Shown here piece after piece: positions 1 to 9,362 of a DNA stretch of 55,329 bases. The stretch's first letter is position 1. Each line of letters opens with the position of its first letter. The notes below the pieces were generated by a model. That model did not search any database, had not been told where the DNA came from, and saw nothing but the letters and a program-made list of their open reading frames with translations. This DNA comes from Bacillota bacterium (GTDB taxonomy: Bacteria; Bacillota; Dethiobacteria; DTU022): positions 1-55,329 of the forward strand of contig VGTO01000002.1 of NCBI GenBank assembly GCA_016874655.1, written 5' to 3'. Made by a program: the position numbers and the translations under genes.

Positions 1-1937
1 TGCCCTACCAGGTGCAGAAAGCCTCCAAAGTGGTCTTCGTGGGGATGGGTGATAACAGCCAGATCTATTTCTCCGATGCCCCGGTACCGCAGGTAAGGTA
101 GGACCACCTTTTCGCCAATAACTCCTGGATCGGCGCTGTAAGCCGGTTCTCCGCCGGCATCAACCAGCACATTTACGCCGCATGGCGTCTCTAATAAAAC
201 TGATGCACCCTGGCCCACATCAATAAAAGTAATTTGTAAATCCTTTTGACCAGGTAATAAAACTCCCGCCCAAACGAAGATAATAACGACCACAAACACC
301 AGGGGTAAAGCAGCTTTTCTCAGCCAGGGATTATGGTGAACAAAGCTGCCGGCACCTGATCTTAGGTATGAAATGTAAGAGAAATCAGCGCCCGCAGCAA
401 AGCGCTTTTCCCAACTGTAGTAGTTCAAAAGAAAACCGGTGAAGATCAAATAGATCGTTATTATTGTTGTAACGCGGGGTGGGCTCAAGGCCAGATAAAA
501 ACCGGGAATGCTGCTGAAACCGGAGATCAAAAGCATCAGCTCCAGTAAAGGCCGGGAGGCCCAGAGCAGTATCTCACCCAGATAGGGAATCAGTAAACCG
601 AGCAACGCTCCGGATAAACCAAGGCTGACGACAAAGGCAATTAGCGGTAGAAAGAGCAGGTTGAAGAGCAGCGCACCGGCCGGGAGATGATGAAAATAAT
701 AAATACTCAAGGGCAATACGCCGATCTGTGCCGCCATGGTTATGACAAGGGGAGAGCGAATTAAAGGCGGGAAATGAAGTGTTCTGAAAAAATGATCCAG
801 TGGACGGTAAAGGTAAATCAGGGCCAGGGTTGCGGCATAAGACAACTGGAAACCAATTGCAAATAGCAACAGTGGATTGATAAACACTGTAACCAGAGCA
901 GCAACCGCAACTGCCGTCGGTAAATCATTATCCCGCTCTAAAAGCACTGCTCCCATAGCCATTGAGATCATGATTGCTGCCCGTAAAGCAGAAGGTTGCA
1001 TGCCGGTTAAATAGGCATAGGCAAATACGAGCAATATGGCCAGAATTAGTGGTAAGTATCCCTTATAGCGCAAGCGTTTAAAGAGACCGATGATCATGGC
1101 GGCGACAATACCGACATGCAGTCCCGAAACTGCCATCAGGTGTCCGGCGCCGGCTTTTCTAAAGTTTTCCTCCACTTCAGCCGGCAGCTGCGCACGCTGG
1201 CCGAAAAGGATCGCCGTTAAAAGATCGGCTGTGGGTGACGGCAGGGTTTTTCCAATAAAGGCTATCATCTGTTGCTTAAAGATGATGGCAGAACCAGCCA
1301 GAAGATAAACTTTTCCCGGACCCAACCGATCTACCTGTAATGCATTAGGATAAGCCAGGGCATCGATGCCCTGGCTGCGCAGAAAAAAACGGTAATCAAA
1401 ACCACCCGGATTACGCAAGCCCTTTGGCTCAATAATCGCTGAACGCAGACGCAACCTGTCACCATATTGGAAGATAGCGTTTTCCGGGCCGTAAATCATA
1501 ACGAGCAGTCTACCATCTGCCTGCTGCCGCCCTTCTTTGGTTTCTACCATCTCAACCTGCAGTTGATAGGTACAGTAATCCTGATCGATAACCGGTTCTT
1601 CAACAACAGTACCTTCAACATACAGATCTCTGCCGGTATGGTGGAGAATATTATTTTCCGAAGGCAGAAGAGAATAATAAGTTGAAAATGCTCCGGTAAA
1701 AACAACAAAAAATAAGAGGCCGACCTTAAATAAATTAGTCAGCCTGAAAAGGAATAGCGCTGCCTGAATAAGCAGGAAGAACATTGTAAGCCAATAGAAG
1801 TGAACTGATCCTGTCACCCAAAAACGCCCAAGTACAATCCCGGCGATATAGGCCTGGGTGATCAGCACCAGATGGCGATCACCTAGAATCTCATCAAAAC
1901 GGCTTCGTATAATTGCTGCATTGTCTGCTGTGGTCAT
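1..1937 (-). CDS. comEC: ComEC/Rec2 DNA-internalization competence protein (C-terminal end runs off the window start)
   Basis: Absent from the ORF track because it is open at the edge. My reverse-strand translation from the ATG at 1937 reads MTTADNAAIIRSRFDEILG... It has many TM segments, competence-domain motifs (FRKAGAGHLMAVSGLHVG, FQLSYAATLAL) and the start of a metallo-beta-lactamase domain (ITFIDVGQGASVLLE...AVITHPHEDHFGG), with no stop down to base 1. Confidence 0.85.
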   Translation of the reverse strand, partial: MTTADNAAIIRSRFDEILGDRHLVLITQAYIAGIVLGRFWVTGSVHFYWLTMFFLLIQAALFLFRLTNLFKVGLLFFVVFTGAFSTYYSLLPSENNILHHTGRDLYVEGTVVEEPVIDQDYCTYQLQVEMVETKEGRQQADGRLLVMIYGPENAIFQYGDRLRLRSAIIEPKGLRNPGGFDYRFFLRSQGIDALAYPNALQVDRLGPGKVYLLAGSAIIFKQQMIAFIGKTLPSPTADLLTAILFGQRAQLPAEVEENFRKAGAGHLMAVSGLHVGIVAAMIIGLFKRLRYKGYLPLILAILLVFAYAYLTGMQPSALRAAIMISMAMGAVLLERDNDLPTAVAVAALVTVFINPLLLFAIGFQLSYAATLALIYLYRPLDHFFRTLHFPPLIRSPLVITMAAQIGVLPLSIYYFHHLPAGALLFNLLFLPLIAFVVSLGLSGALLGLLIPYLGEILLWASRPLLELMLLISGFSSIPGFYLALSPPRVTTIITIYLIFTGFLLNYYSWEKRFAAGADFSYISYLRSGAGSFVHHNPWLRKAALPLVFVVVIIFVWAGVLLPGQKDLQITFIDVGQGASVLLETPCGVNVLVDAGGEPAYSADPGVIGEKVVLPYLRYRGIGEIDLAVITHPHEDHFGGFLHLVG

Positions 1938-1957
1938 CTTTTACCAAAATAAGCTAT

Positions 1958-3436
1958 TTACCTAAAAACTTCGTCAAAGACTCCGAAAGTTTCTGTGCGC
2001 TGTTCCATTGAGGGGGCCGGAGTAAGATATGATACCACCACCAGGATAACAATCGCCAGCACAAAGGCCGGGAAGACAGGCATGAAACCAAATGATGTCC
2101 ACCCTGGCAATACGTTTAGGTACCAGAGGTGAAGCATAATGGCCGGGATGATCAATGCTGCAGCAGCTCCGTATTTGTTGGTGCGGGGCCAATAGAGAGC
2201 AGCGATCATTACCGGCAGCATCACCGAAAAACCGGAAAAGGCAAAAGCAGCAATACTTAAAATTGCTGCCGGCCTGATCAGTGATATGTAAAAAGCAGCT
2301 GCGGCAAAAACCAGCAGAAAAATACGACCCCAGAAAACCGCCTGCTGATTTGATACCTTTCGGAAACGGGGTAGCAGGTCGTCTGTTACCAGATGGGCAA
2401 CAGATAATAGCTGAGAATCAATTGATGATTTAACGATGGCCAGGATCACCACCAGACCGAGAATCATCCAGGTTGGCGACAGATATTGTTGGATTAACAG
2501 CGGCACGATGTTATCCGATTCTTTCCCGATCAGTCCTGGAATAGAAACTGCCCCCCATACGCCAAGCAATGTTGATATAGCAAAAATACCAGCCATCGCC
2601 AGGGGATAATATAGGCTGGTTTTTTTCAGACTGGTGGTGCTACGGGCCGCTAAAATGCGCGTGAACATATGGGGAAATACAATAACAGCAATCGAGTTGG
2701 TAAAAGCAAAACTAAACCAGTTAATCGGCACAATAGCTGGAGATAAGCTGCGCTGCAGCAAAGCAGGGTTTTCGAGAATGATGCGATTGGTAAGCGCAGA
2801 AAATCCGCCGAGTGACTGTGCTACAGCAAATAAAAGTAGAACCGCAACTGTCATAAATACAGTACCCTGAAAAATATCGGTCCAGACTGTACCACGCATG
2901 CCGGCAGGCAGGGTATAAAAAAGGGAAACGCAGATTAATGCCAGCGCAGCCAGCCAGTAAGGCACAACCCCGTTTGAGATTGTGGAAAAGGCCAAACTAC
3001 CCCCGATAATACTGACCACCAAATAGGGCAGGGTATAATAGAGCAGAAGCATCAGGAAAAGCATCGCTACAAGAGGGCTTTTTAGAATCCCACCAAAAAC
3101 CTGGGGCTGTGTTGCATAACCGTAGCGCTTGCCAAGCAACCAGGAACGATACCCAACCAGGTAATAGGTAAAGGGAGTAATAAAAATACTCCATCCAATA
3201 ACATAACCATAAGCACCAAAGCCGACGTGGTAAGCAAAACCGGCATAGCCGATAATGGTGAAAGCAGTAATATTGCTGGCAAAAAGGGTCATAAAAATTG
3301 CCAGGCTGCCTAATCCGCGCCCGGCCATAAAGTATTCTTCCCGTGTTTTTTTGGTTGCTCTTGCTCCAAAAACTCCTATTGCTACCAGAATTAAAAAATA
3401 GATCGCCAGAATCAGAATGCCAGGAAGATTATTCAT
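1958..3436 (-). CDS. Sodium:solute symporter (SSF family, PanF/PutP-like)
   Basis: 492-aa polytopic membrane ORF with typical SSF layout and length. It overlaps the upstream small membrane ORF by one base. Confidence 0.8.
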   Translation of the reverse strand: MNNLPGILILAIYFLILVAIGVFGARATKKTREEYFMAGRGLGSLAIFMTLFASNITAFTIIGYAGFAYHVGFGAYGYVIGWSIFITPFTYYLVGYRSWLLGKRYGYATQPQVFGGILKSPLVAMLFLMLLLYYTLPYLVVSIIGGSLAFSTISNGVVPYWLAALALICVSLFYTLPAGMRGTVWTDIFQGTVFMTVAVLLLFAVAQSLGGFSALTNRIILENPALLQRSLSPAIVPINWFSFAFTNSIAVIVFPHMFTRILAARSTTSLKKTSLYYPLAMAGIFAISTLLGVWGAVSIPGLIGKESDNIVPLLIQQYLSPTWMILGLVVILAIVKSSIDSQLLSVAHLVTDDLLPRFRKVSNQQAVFWGRIFLLVFAAAAFYISLIRPAAILSIAAFAFSGFSVMLPVMIAALYWPRTNKYGAAAALIIPAIMLHLWYLNVLPGWTSFGFMPVFPAFVLAIVILVVVSYLTPAPSMEQRTETFGVFDEVFR

Positions 3437-3690
3437 TACTGTGCCTGCTCACTTTCTCCGACCTGGGCTGCAAATTCTGCGGGCGGATCGGGCCAGGCCA
3501 GCTTAACGATTAGCTTTAATGCTAAAACCGACAGGATTGCGTAAAAAATATAATATGAAAAGGCAAAAGGCATGAACCCGAACAAAAGTGGCATGCGTGC
3601 GTCAAGATCCCAAAGCCAGAAGCTGTTATGCAAGAGGAACATAATCAATACCATTAAAAAAACTAATGCAAGGCGATGCTTGAACTTCAT
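3436..3690 (-). CDS. Small two-TM membrane protein (DUF3311-like) paired with the symporter
   Basis: 84-aa ORF with two hydrophobic helices (MPLLFGFMPFAFSYYIFYAILSVLAL). Its stop/start overlaps the downstream SSF gene, as in YhdT/PanF-type pairs. Confidence 0.6.
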   Translation of the reverse strand: MKFKHRLALVFLMVLIMFLLHNSFWLWDLDARMPLLFGFMPFAFSYYIFYAILSVLALKLIVKLAWPDPPAEFAAQVGESEQAQ

Positions 3691-3798
3691 TATCGGTAGA
3701 CCTCCACTCTGACAGCGGTTTTTCAGGGCTGAATTCTCTCTGCTTATTCGACGAACTATCTATAATTCCTGCAAAAATCAAGAAAAAGTCAATCTTAA

Positions 3799-3821
3799 AG
3801 CCCGGACCTGTAATCCGGGCT
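3799..3821 (-). terminator. Hairpin downstream of the GLUG-protein gene (candidate terminator)
   Basis: AGCCCGGA-N7-TCCGGGCT, an 8-bp GC-rich stem 38 nt after the stop at 3859. The U-tract is not immediately adjacent. Confidence 0.4.
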
Positions 3822-3858
3822 GATTTGTTTAAATGTTTTTTCGTAATACTCATTTAGC

Positions 3859-5535
3859 TTAATCTGCTGCCAGAACAGCAGCTAGCGACTCCAGCTTATC
3901 AAGAATGATCTTCTCTTCTGTAGGACTAAGCCGGAAGCGGTTAGTCTCGAACAGCTCAATAATTTCTGCCAACAACAGATCTATTTCTGCGTGGATATTA
4001 GCCTGCCGAAAATCCACTGTTTCCAACATCAACGCTAGTAGCTTCTCAAGTTGCCGGATCATACTCAACAATTTAAAAAACAGATCCCCGCTATTAAATT
4101 TAGCTGACTGATCAGACATCATCCAGGAAGACTCATTGCCCAACAAGGTGGGTTCAGAATGATGATCATTGCTGTCATTGCCTGGCAGATTGTTATCATC
4201 ACCACCCGGGTGATTGTTATCATCACTGTCCGTCTCACCTGCTCCTCCGTCTTCATCGCCATCTCCGTCACTTTCGCCCGGATTGCCACCCGATTCATCG
4301 AGGTCATCGGGATTTGAAGGACCGCCTTCGAGCTGCCAGCGCAAGATCGGGTAACTTTCTCCTTCCTCAATAAACCAGGTGTTGGCAAAATCCCAATTCT
4401 CATAGGTTGCCTCGTTTTTCATCTCTTCTGTAGATTTTCCTATACCGATTATCGAAAGTTCTTGTCCCGATGCTTCCTTGTCCCAATAGCATCGATTAAT
4501 AATCGTATGAGGATGATTGCTACCACTAAATCCTCCCACATTCAACCCATTACTATCTACAATTGCTGCAGTAAAACAATTAGTTATAGTGTTTTTTAGG
4601 GATTCACTGTTTGTTACTCCTGAAACTCGACCAAATAAACCCCCGATATGATCTTTGCCACTTACTGAGCCCAATGAATAGCAATTATTAATTTTACTCT
4701 CTTGCCTGACTGTCCCTATCAAACCACCGTTATAAGTTGAATTTGATAAGCCAATAATATCGCAATCAGCAAAACAATTATTAATAATGCTTTCCTTAGC
4801 ATACCCGACTAACCCACCCATGCTATTCCCTTTTCCAGTGATAATCCCTTGCACTGAGCAATTCTCAAAAAAACAAACATCATCAGCCCAACCAGCAATA
4901 CCACCAACATAGCTTCCACTTCCGGCGTTGATATCTATATCTCTTAGATGCAAATCAATAATTTCAGCATTTTTTACATAACCGAAAAACCCAGCATATG
5001 GTAAGTCTTTATCAATCACTAAACCGCTGATCGCAAATCCTGAACCATCAAAGGTGCCAGAAAATGGATTGTTATGATATTGACCAATCGGATTCCAATT
5101 TGTATTTTCGGGAATCTCTATGTCATTTAACAGCCGGTATTTGTCACTTAAAGCTTCGCGGACTTCGTTAAGTTGGGCGAAGGTTTCGATAATCCAATAG
5201 TCATCGATCTTTTGCATCGTCGGTGATAACTCTGCCAGTGAAATGATTAATGGTTGCTGTTCACCGGTAAAAGGGACCGGATCATCTTTCTCAGGTTGAT
5301 GATCTGTTTTCACAGGATCAGCCTCTAACTCTTCGCTACGCGGCGATTCATACTCAACGTTTTCTGAGTAATTACCGTCTGTGTTGCCTATAGATTCGAT
5401 GGGTTCGGATCTCTCAGAAGAATGATTGTGCTCTTCTTCATGATCAGCCTCAACCGGGACTGCTACAGAAAAAATGAGGATTAAACAGAGGAGTAGGGAA
5501 AACTGAATCGAGTAAAAGCAACTGATCTTATTCAT
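3859..5535 (-). CDS. Secreted GLUG-motif repeat protein with acidic low-complexity linkers
   Basis: The likely start is MNKISCFYSIQFSLLLCLILIFSVAVPVEA (signal peptide), 12 codons inside the tracked ORF. It has at least 5 repeats of the GG(I/L)(A/V/F)G type (GGIAGWADD, GGLVGYAKES, GGLIGTVRQ, GGLFGRVSG, GGFSGSN) and ends the repeat domain with YPILRWQ. D/E/N/G-rich tracts flank the repeats, followed by a helical C-terminal tail. Confidence 0.7.
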   Translation of the reverse strand: MNKISCFYSIQFSLLLCLILIFSVAVPVEADHEEEHNHSSERSEPIESIGNTDGNYSENVEYESPRSEELEADPVKTDHQPEKDDPVPFTGEQQPLIISLAELSPTMQKIDDYWIIETFAQLNEVREALSDKYRLLNDIEIPENTNWNPIGQYHNNPFSGTFDGSGFAISGLVIDKDLPYAGFFGYVKNAEIIDLHLRDIDINAGSGSYVGGIAGWADDVCFFENCSVQGIITGKGNSMGGLVGYAKESIINNCFADCDIIGLSNSTYNGGLIGTVRQESKINNCYSLGSVSGKDHIGGLFGRVSGVTNSESLKNTITNCFTAAIVDSNGLNVGGFSGSNHPHTIINRCYWDKEASGQELSIIGIGKSTEEMKNEATYENWDFANTWFIEEGESYPILRWQLEGGPSNPDDLDESGGNPGESDGDGDEDGGAGETDSDDNNHPGGDDNNLPGNDSNDHHSEPTLLGNESSWMMSDQSAKFNSGDLFFKLLSMIRQLEKLLALMLETVDFRQANIHAEIDLLLAEIIELFETNRFRLSPTEEKIILDKLESLAAVLAAD

Positions 5536-5629
5536 GACTTCATCCTTTAGTATAATGATTGTTATATACAAGCTTTGTCTGGGAATGCAAATAGGACAGT
5601 TAATATGATATTACTGCATTTAGTTCTTT

Positions 5630-6055
5630 CTATTCTTCGATGATCACCTCGCGGGTGGCACGGATTTGATCGCCAACAATGGCTACAATACGGTAAAGTC
5701 CGGGGTTGCTGAAGAATACCAGGCTGTAAAGATCATGATCATCTGTTTCAACATCATATTGCTCCTGGGCCAGAATCTGATCATTTTTAGTATCTACCAA
5801 GTGAAAAGTAACCTTTTCATTTTCAAATGGCCCATTGTTTTCAAAGTGAATGTAGAAGTCCTGATTGATTTTAAAGGTATCGCTGAAAGCTACGATTAGA
5901 TTGGTTTCATCCAACTCAAGCCCGGTTTCGATGGTTGCACCATCGACAGAAGTACTTTCAGGAGTTCTTAACTCCGTTTCGTCATTAGATCCGGTAAATA
6001 CTACTGCAGCAATAACGACAATGACAAAAATGATTAAAGCAAATCGCATTAGCAT
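5630..6055 (-). CDS. Hypothetical N-terminally membrane-anchored small protein
   Basis: 141-aa ORF with an N-terminal TM/signal anchor (MRFALIIFVIVVIAAVVF) and an acidic beta-rich remainder. I recognise no family. Confidence 0.5.
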   Translation of the reverse strand: MLMRFALIIFVIVVIAAVVFTGSNDETELRTPESTSVDGATIETGLELDETNLIVAFSDTFKINQDFYIHFENNGPFENEKVTFHLVDTKNDQILAQEQYDVETDDHDLYSLVFFSNPGLYRIVAIVGDQIRATREVIIEE

Positions 6056-6218
6056 TGTTATTTGCCCCTCAGTTTAAAGTACTTTCTCCTATTCTACTTT
6101 ATTTTGAACATTCTTCAATAGCAATTTTGCTATTCTGAAGGATATAGTAACTGCTCTGTAGAATGTAACCCTGGTTTATAGCAATCATTTGAGCAGGACA
6201 ACAGGAGGTTATCGTTAG

Positions 6219-6758
6219 ATGAGTTTATCGGTTCGTAAGATAGTTATCTCCGGGATACTCGGAGCAATTTCCATATTACTGGGTGTTACCCGCTTAGGGT
6301 TTATTCCGGTTCCTACTCCAGCTGGCCATGCAACAATAATGCACATCCCCGCAATCCTGGGCGGAGTGCTTGAAGGTCCTGTAGTCGGCCTAATAACGGG
6401 CGCTATTTTCGGCCTCTTCAGCTTTTTACAACCGGGCGCACCTTTTTTTGCCGATCCTCTGGTTTCGATTTTTCCCCGTCTATTTATCGGGGTAGTGGCC
6501 TACCTGGTTTACTTTGCGACTAAAAGGATTAATACTGTTTTAGCTTGTGTCCTGGCCGGAGCTGTCGGCTCGGCAACCAATACCATACTGGTCCTCGGGA
6601 TGGCTACTATAAGAGGTTATCTACCCTCAGAAGTATCTGTGTCAATCGGGGTTCTGCATGGAGTACCGGAACTGATTGTAGCTGCTATTCTGACTGTAAT
6701 ATTGGTAAAAGGAATTCGGCGCATCAGGCCTGAAGAAGAAAATGAGCCCCAGCCTTAG
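6219..6758 (+). CDS. ECF transporter substrate-specific (S) component
   Basis: 179-aa six-TM protein (GFIPVPTPAGHATIMHIPAILGG) immediately upstream of ecfA1-ecfA2-ecfT. An AGGAGG RBS precedes the ATG. Confidence 0.75.
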   Translation: MSLSVRKIVISGILGAISILLGVTRLGFIPVPTPAGHATIMHIPAILGGVLEGPVVGLITGAIFGLFSFLQPGAPFFADPLVSIFPRLFIGVVAYLVYFATKRINTVLACVLAGAVGSATNTILVLGMATIRGYLPSEVSVSIGVLHGVPELIVAAILTVILVKGIRRIRPEEENEPQP

Positions 6759-6778
6759 ATCATTGGAGTTGTCTGCTT

Positions 6779-7618
6779 TTGCAACCAATAATTGAGGTCA
6801 CTGACCTCACCTATATGTACCGCTCCGGTAGCGGCAAAAACGTTCTTGCATTAAACGGAGTAACCATGCAGGTTTACCGGGGTGAAATACTGGCTATTAC
6901 CGGCCAAAACGGGTCGGGTAAATCTACCCTGGCCCGTCATTTTAATGCCCTGCTGACGCCTAAAAGTGGCACAGTAATCGTGGACGGGCTTTCAGTTGCC
7001 GACAAAAAGAACACCGCCATCATTCGTAGATCTGTCGGCATGGTTTTTCAAAATCCTGATAACCAGCTTGTCAGCAGTGTCGTTGAAGAAGATATCGCTT
7101 TCGGCCCGGAAAACTTAGGCTTACCCCAAGCCGAAATAGTAGACCGGGTTGACTGGGCGCTTGAAAGCCTTAACCTCGGAGCATACCGCCACCGTTCACC
7201 AAACAGCCTATCGGAAGGACAAAAACAGCTGGTAGCGATCGCCGGTGTATTAGCGATGAAACCACAGTGCATTATTCTAGATGAGCCCACCGCTCATCTC
7301 GACCCAAAAGGTAGATGTGAAGTCCTTGAAAATGTGCTGCGGTTAAATAGGGATGAGGGGATCACTACCATTTTGTTAACTCATTTTATGAACGAGGTAG
7401 TGCACTGTGATCGGATGATTGTTATGGATCAGGGTCAAATAAAAATGACTGGAACGCCAAGGGATCTTTTTAAGCTGGCCGATCAGATCAAAGCTTTGGG
7501 CCTTGATTTACCACCTGCCTCACAGCTCGCTCACGGTTTAAAGCTTAAGGGCTTGGCTTTACCCGGTAATATTTTAACCCTCGAGGAGCTAGTAAACAGC
7601 TTATGCCAATTACCGTAA
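6779..7618 (+). CDS. ecfA1: Energy-coupling factor transporter ATPase EcfA1
   Basis: Walker A GQNGSGKST, signature LSEGQKQ and Walker B IILDEPTAHLD. Typical EcfA length. Confidence 0.9.
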   Translation: MQPIIEVTDLTYMYRSGSGKNVLALNGVTMQVYRGEILAITGQNGSGKSTLARHFNALLTPKSGTVIVDGLSVADKKNTAIIRRSVGMVFQNPDNQLVSSVVEEDIAFGPENLGLPQAEIVDRVDWALESLNLGAYRHRSPNSLSEGQKQLVAIAGVLAMKPQCIILDEPTAHLDPKGRCEVLENVLRLNRDEGITTILLTHFMNEVVHCDRMIVMDQGQIKMTGTPRDLFKLADQIKALGLDLPPASQLAHGLKLKGLALPGNILTLEELVNSLCQLP

Positions 7619-8469
7619 AAGATCTCTGCTTTAGTTATCAAAAGGGAACTCCTTTTGAAAAAAAAGTCCTGCACAATATCTCGCTCACGATCGACGATGG
7701 TGAGTTTGTGGGGATAATCGGCCCTACACAGTCGGGAAAGACAACCCTGGCCCAGCATTTTAATGCACTGCTTATGCCGCACGGCGGTTCAGTCACCGTA
7801 AACGGTTATTTAACTTCCGACCCACAGGCTGATCTGGTGGACTTACGGCTTAAGGTCGGCTACGTTTTTCAAAACCCCGATTACCAGCTTTTTGCTCAGA
7901 CAGTCGGAGAAGATATTGCATTCGGACCACAAAACCAGAAGCTGAACAAAGAAGAAATCAAAGAACGTGTAGCCGCGGTAATGGCGCAGGTGGGATTGGA
8001 TTATGATACTTTCAACCAGCGGGACATCTATGCTTTGAGCGGCGGACAAAAAAGAAGAGCCGCAATTGCCGGCGTTTTAGCCTGCAAGCCCGAAATATTA
8101 ATATTGGATGACGTTACCGCCGGCCTCGATCCCCGCGGCCGGGAAGAAATTATGACCGTAATTCGCGATCTGCATCAAAAACAAAAGATTACCATTATCT
8201 TTATCTCTAATAGCATGGACGAAGCAGCTGAGCTGGCTGAACGAGTGATTGTCATTGACCAGGGTCGAATCTTTTTAGATGGAGCAGTCCGGGAAATATT
8301 TAAACAATCGGCTCAGCTTCGTTCCATTGGACTGGAGATTCCGGAAGTGATCAGCGTCATTGAAATGCTGCAGAAAAGAGGCTGCGTTTTACCAACTATC
8401 CCGCTGAACCTGGCAGAAGCAATTGATTGTATCGCAACCGCCTACAGGGAAAGGGAGGAGAACCGCTGA
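7603..8469 (+). CDS. ecfA2: Energy-coupling factor transporter ATPase EcfA2
   Basis: Walker A GPTQSGKTT, signature LSGGQKRR and Walker B LILDDVTAGLD. Overlaps ecfA1. Confidence 0.9.
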   Translation: MPITVKDLCFSYQKGTPFEKKVLHNISLTIDDGEFVGIIGPTQSGKTTLAQHFNALLMPHGGSVTVNGYLTSDPQADLVDLRLKVGYVFQNPDYQLFAQTVGEDIAFGPQNQKLNKEEIKERVAAVMAQVGLDYDTFNQRDIYALSGGQKRRAAIAGVLACKPEILILDDVTAGLDPRGREEIMTVIRDLHQKQKITIIFISNSMDEAAELAERVIVIDQGRIFLDGAVREIFKQSAQLRSIGLEIPEVISVIEMLQKRGCVLPTIPLNLAEAIDCIATAYREREENR

Positions 8470-9296
8470 TGGAATTAACGAAAAATATTACCCTTGGCGT
8501 TTACCTGCCCGGAAAATCGTTCATCCATCGCCTCGACCCACGGACCAAAATTATCGCATCCGGCATTATTATCAGTCTGTTGCTCATTATCAGATCTTAT
8601 CCTGCTTATGGAGTGGTCTTCCTTTTTGTAGCAGCTGCGGTACTAATAGCGGGCATCCCGGCCGGTTATGCTTTTAGCGGTTTTAAACCGATGCTGCCTG
8701 TCCTGATATTTATGTGGATCTTCCAGCTTTTTCTATATTCGAGCTCTGACGCCAAAACGCTCTTTTCCTGGTGGATTTTTTCCGCCACCGATGCCGGTTT
8801 TCACATGGGAGCTCTGGTTACATTAAGAGTAATCTTTTTGTTTGGCGTTACTACTTTATTAACCCTGACTACATCGATGGTCAGCCTCACCGATGGTCTG
8901 GAAAGCCTACTCAGCCCGCTTAAGGCTATCGGCCTGCCTACCCAAGAGCTGGTAATGACCATGGTCATTGCCCTGCGTTTTGTGTTAATCCTGGCTGAAG
9001 AACTGGACAAAATTATCAAAGCCCAGATGGCCCGTGGGGTTGCCTTTGATCGGGGCAACTTTATTCAGAAAACGAAAAAGATCTTCCCTGTTTTTCTGCC
9101 CTTATTCATCAGTGCCTTTAAGAGAGCAGAAGAACTGATCATCGCCATGGAAGCCCGCAGCTATACCGGGGGTAGACACCGGACAAAAATGAAAACCCTG
9201 CATTTAGGCAGGGTCGATCTTGAAGCAGGTTTAATCATGATTGCCTTTACAGCACTGATCATCTATTTGATCTTAATTACTGTGCCGCCGATTTAA
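8469..9296 (+). CDS. ecfT: Energy-coupling factor transporter transmembrane component EcfT
   Basis: MELTKNITLGVYLPGKSFIHRLDPRTK is the classic EcfT N-terminus. The ATG overlaps the ecfA2 TGA (TGATG). The tracked ORF start at 8427 is probably too early. Confidence 0.9.
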   Translation: MELTKNITLGVYLPGKSFIHRLDPRTKIIASGIIISLLLIIRSYPAYGVVFLFVAAAVLIAGIPAGYAFSGFKPMLPVLIFMWIFQLFLYSSSDAKTLFSWWIFSATDAGFHMGALVTLRVIFLFGVTTLLTLTTSMVSLTDGLESLLSPLKAIGLPTQELVMTMVIALRFVLILAEELDKIIKAQMARGVAFDRGNFIQKTKKIFPVFLPLFISAFKRAEELIIAMEARSYTGGRHRTKMKTLHLGRVDLEAGLIMIAFTALIIYLILITVPPI

Positions 9297-9318
9297 AGCC
9301 TGGGCTTCCTCCCGGTTG

Positions 9319-9339
9319 AGCAAACCTCCGTGGTTTGCT
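9319..9339. terminator. Hairpin between convergent ecfT and the rnh-pfk ORF
   Basis: AGCAAACC-TCCGT-GGTTTGCT, an 8-bp stem with no clear U-tract on either strand. Confidence 0.35.
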
Positions 9340-9362
9340 TACTCCAGCCATATATAAGTGCA

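Noticed and set aside
6056-6218. Possible vitamin riboswitch (TPP, FMN, preQ1, etc.) upstream of the ECF S-component gene.
   Set aside because: The region is AT-rich with no recognisable conserved riboswitch cores (for example CUGAGA...ACCUGAUCUGGAUAAUGCCAGCG for TPP). It is probably just a promoter and UTR.
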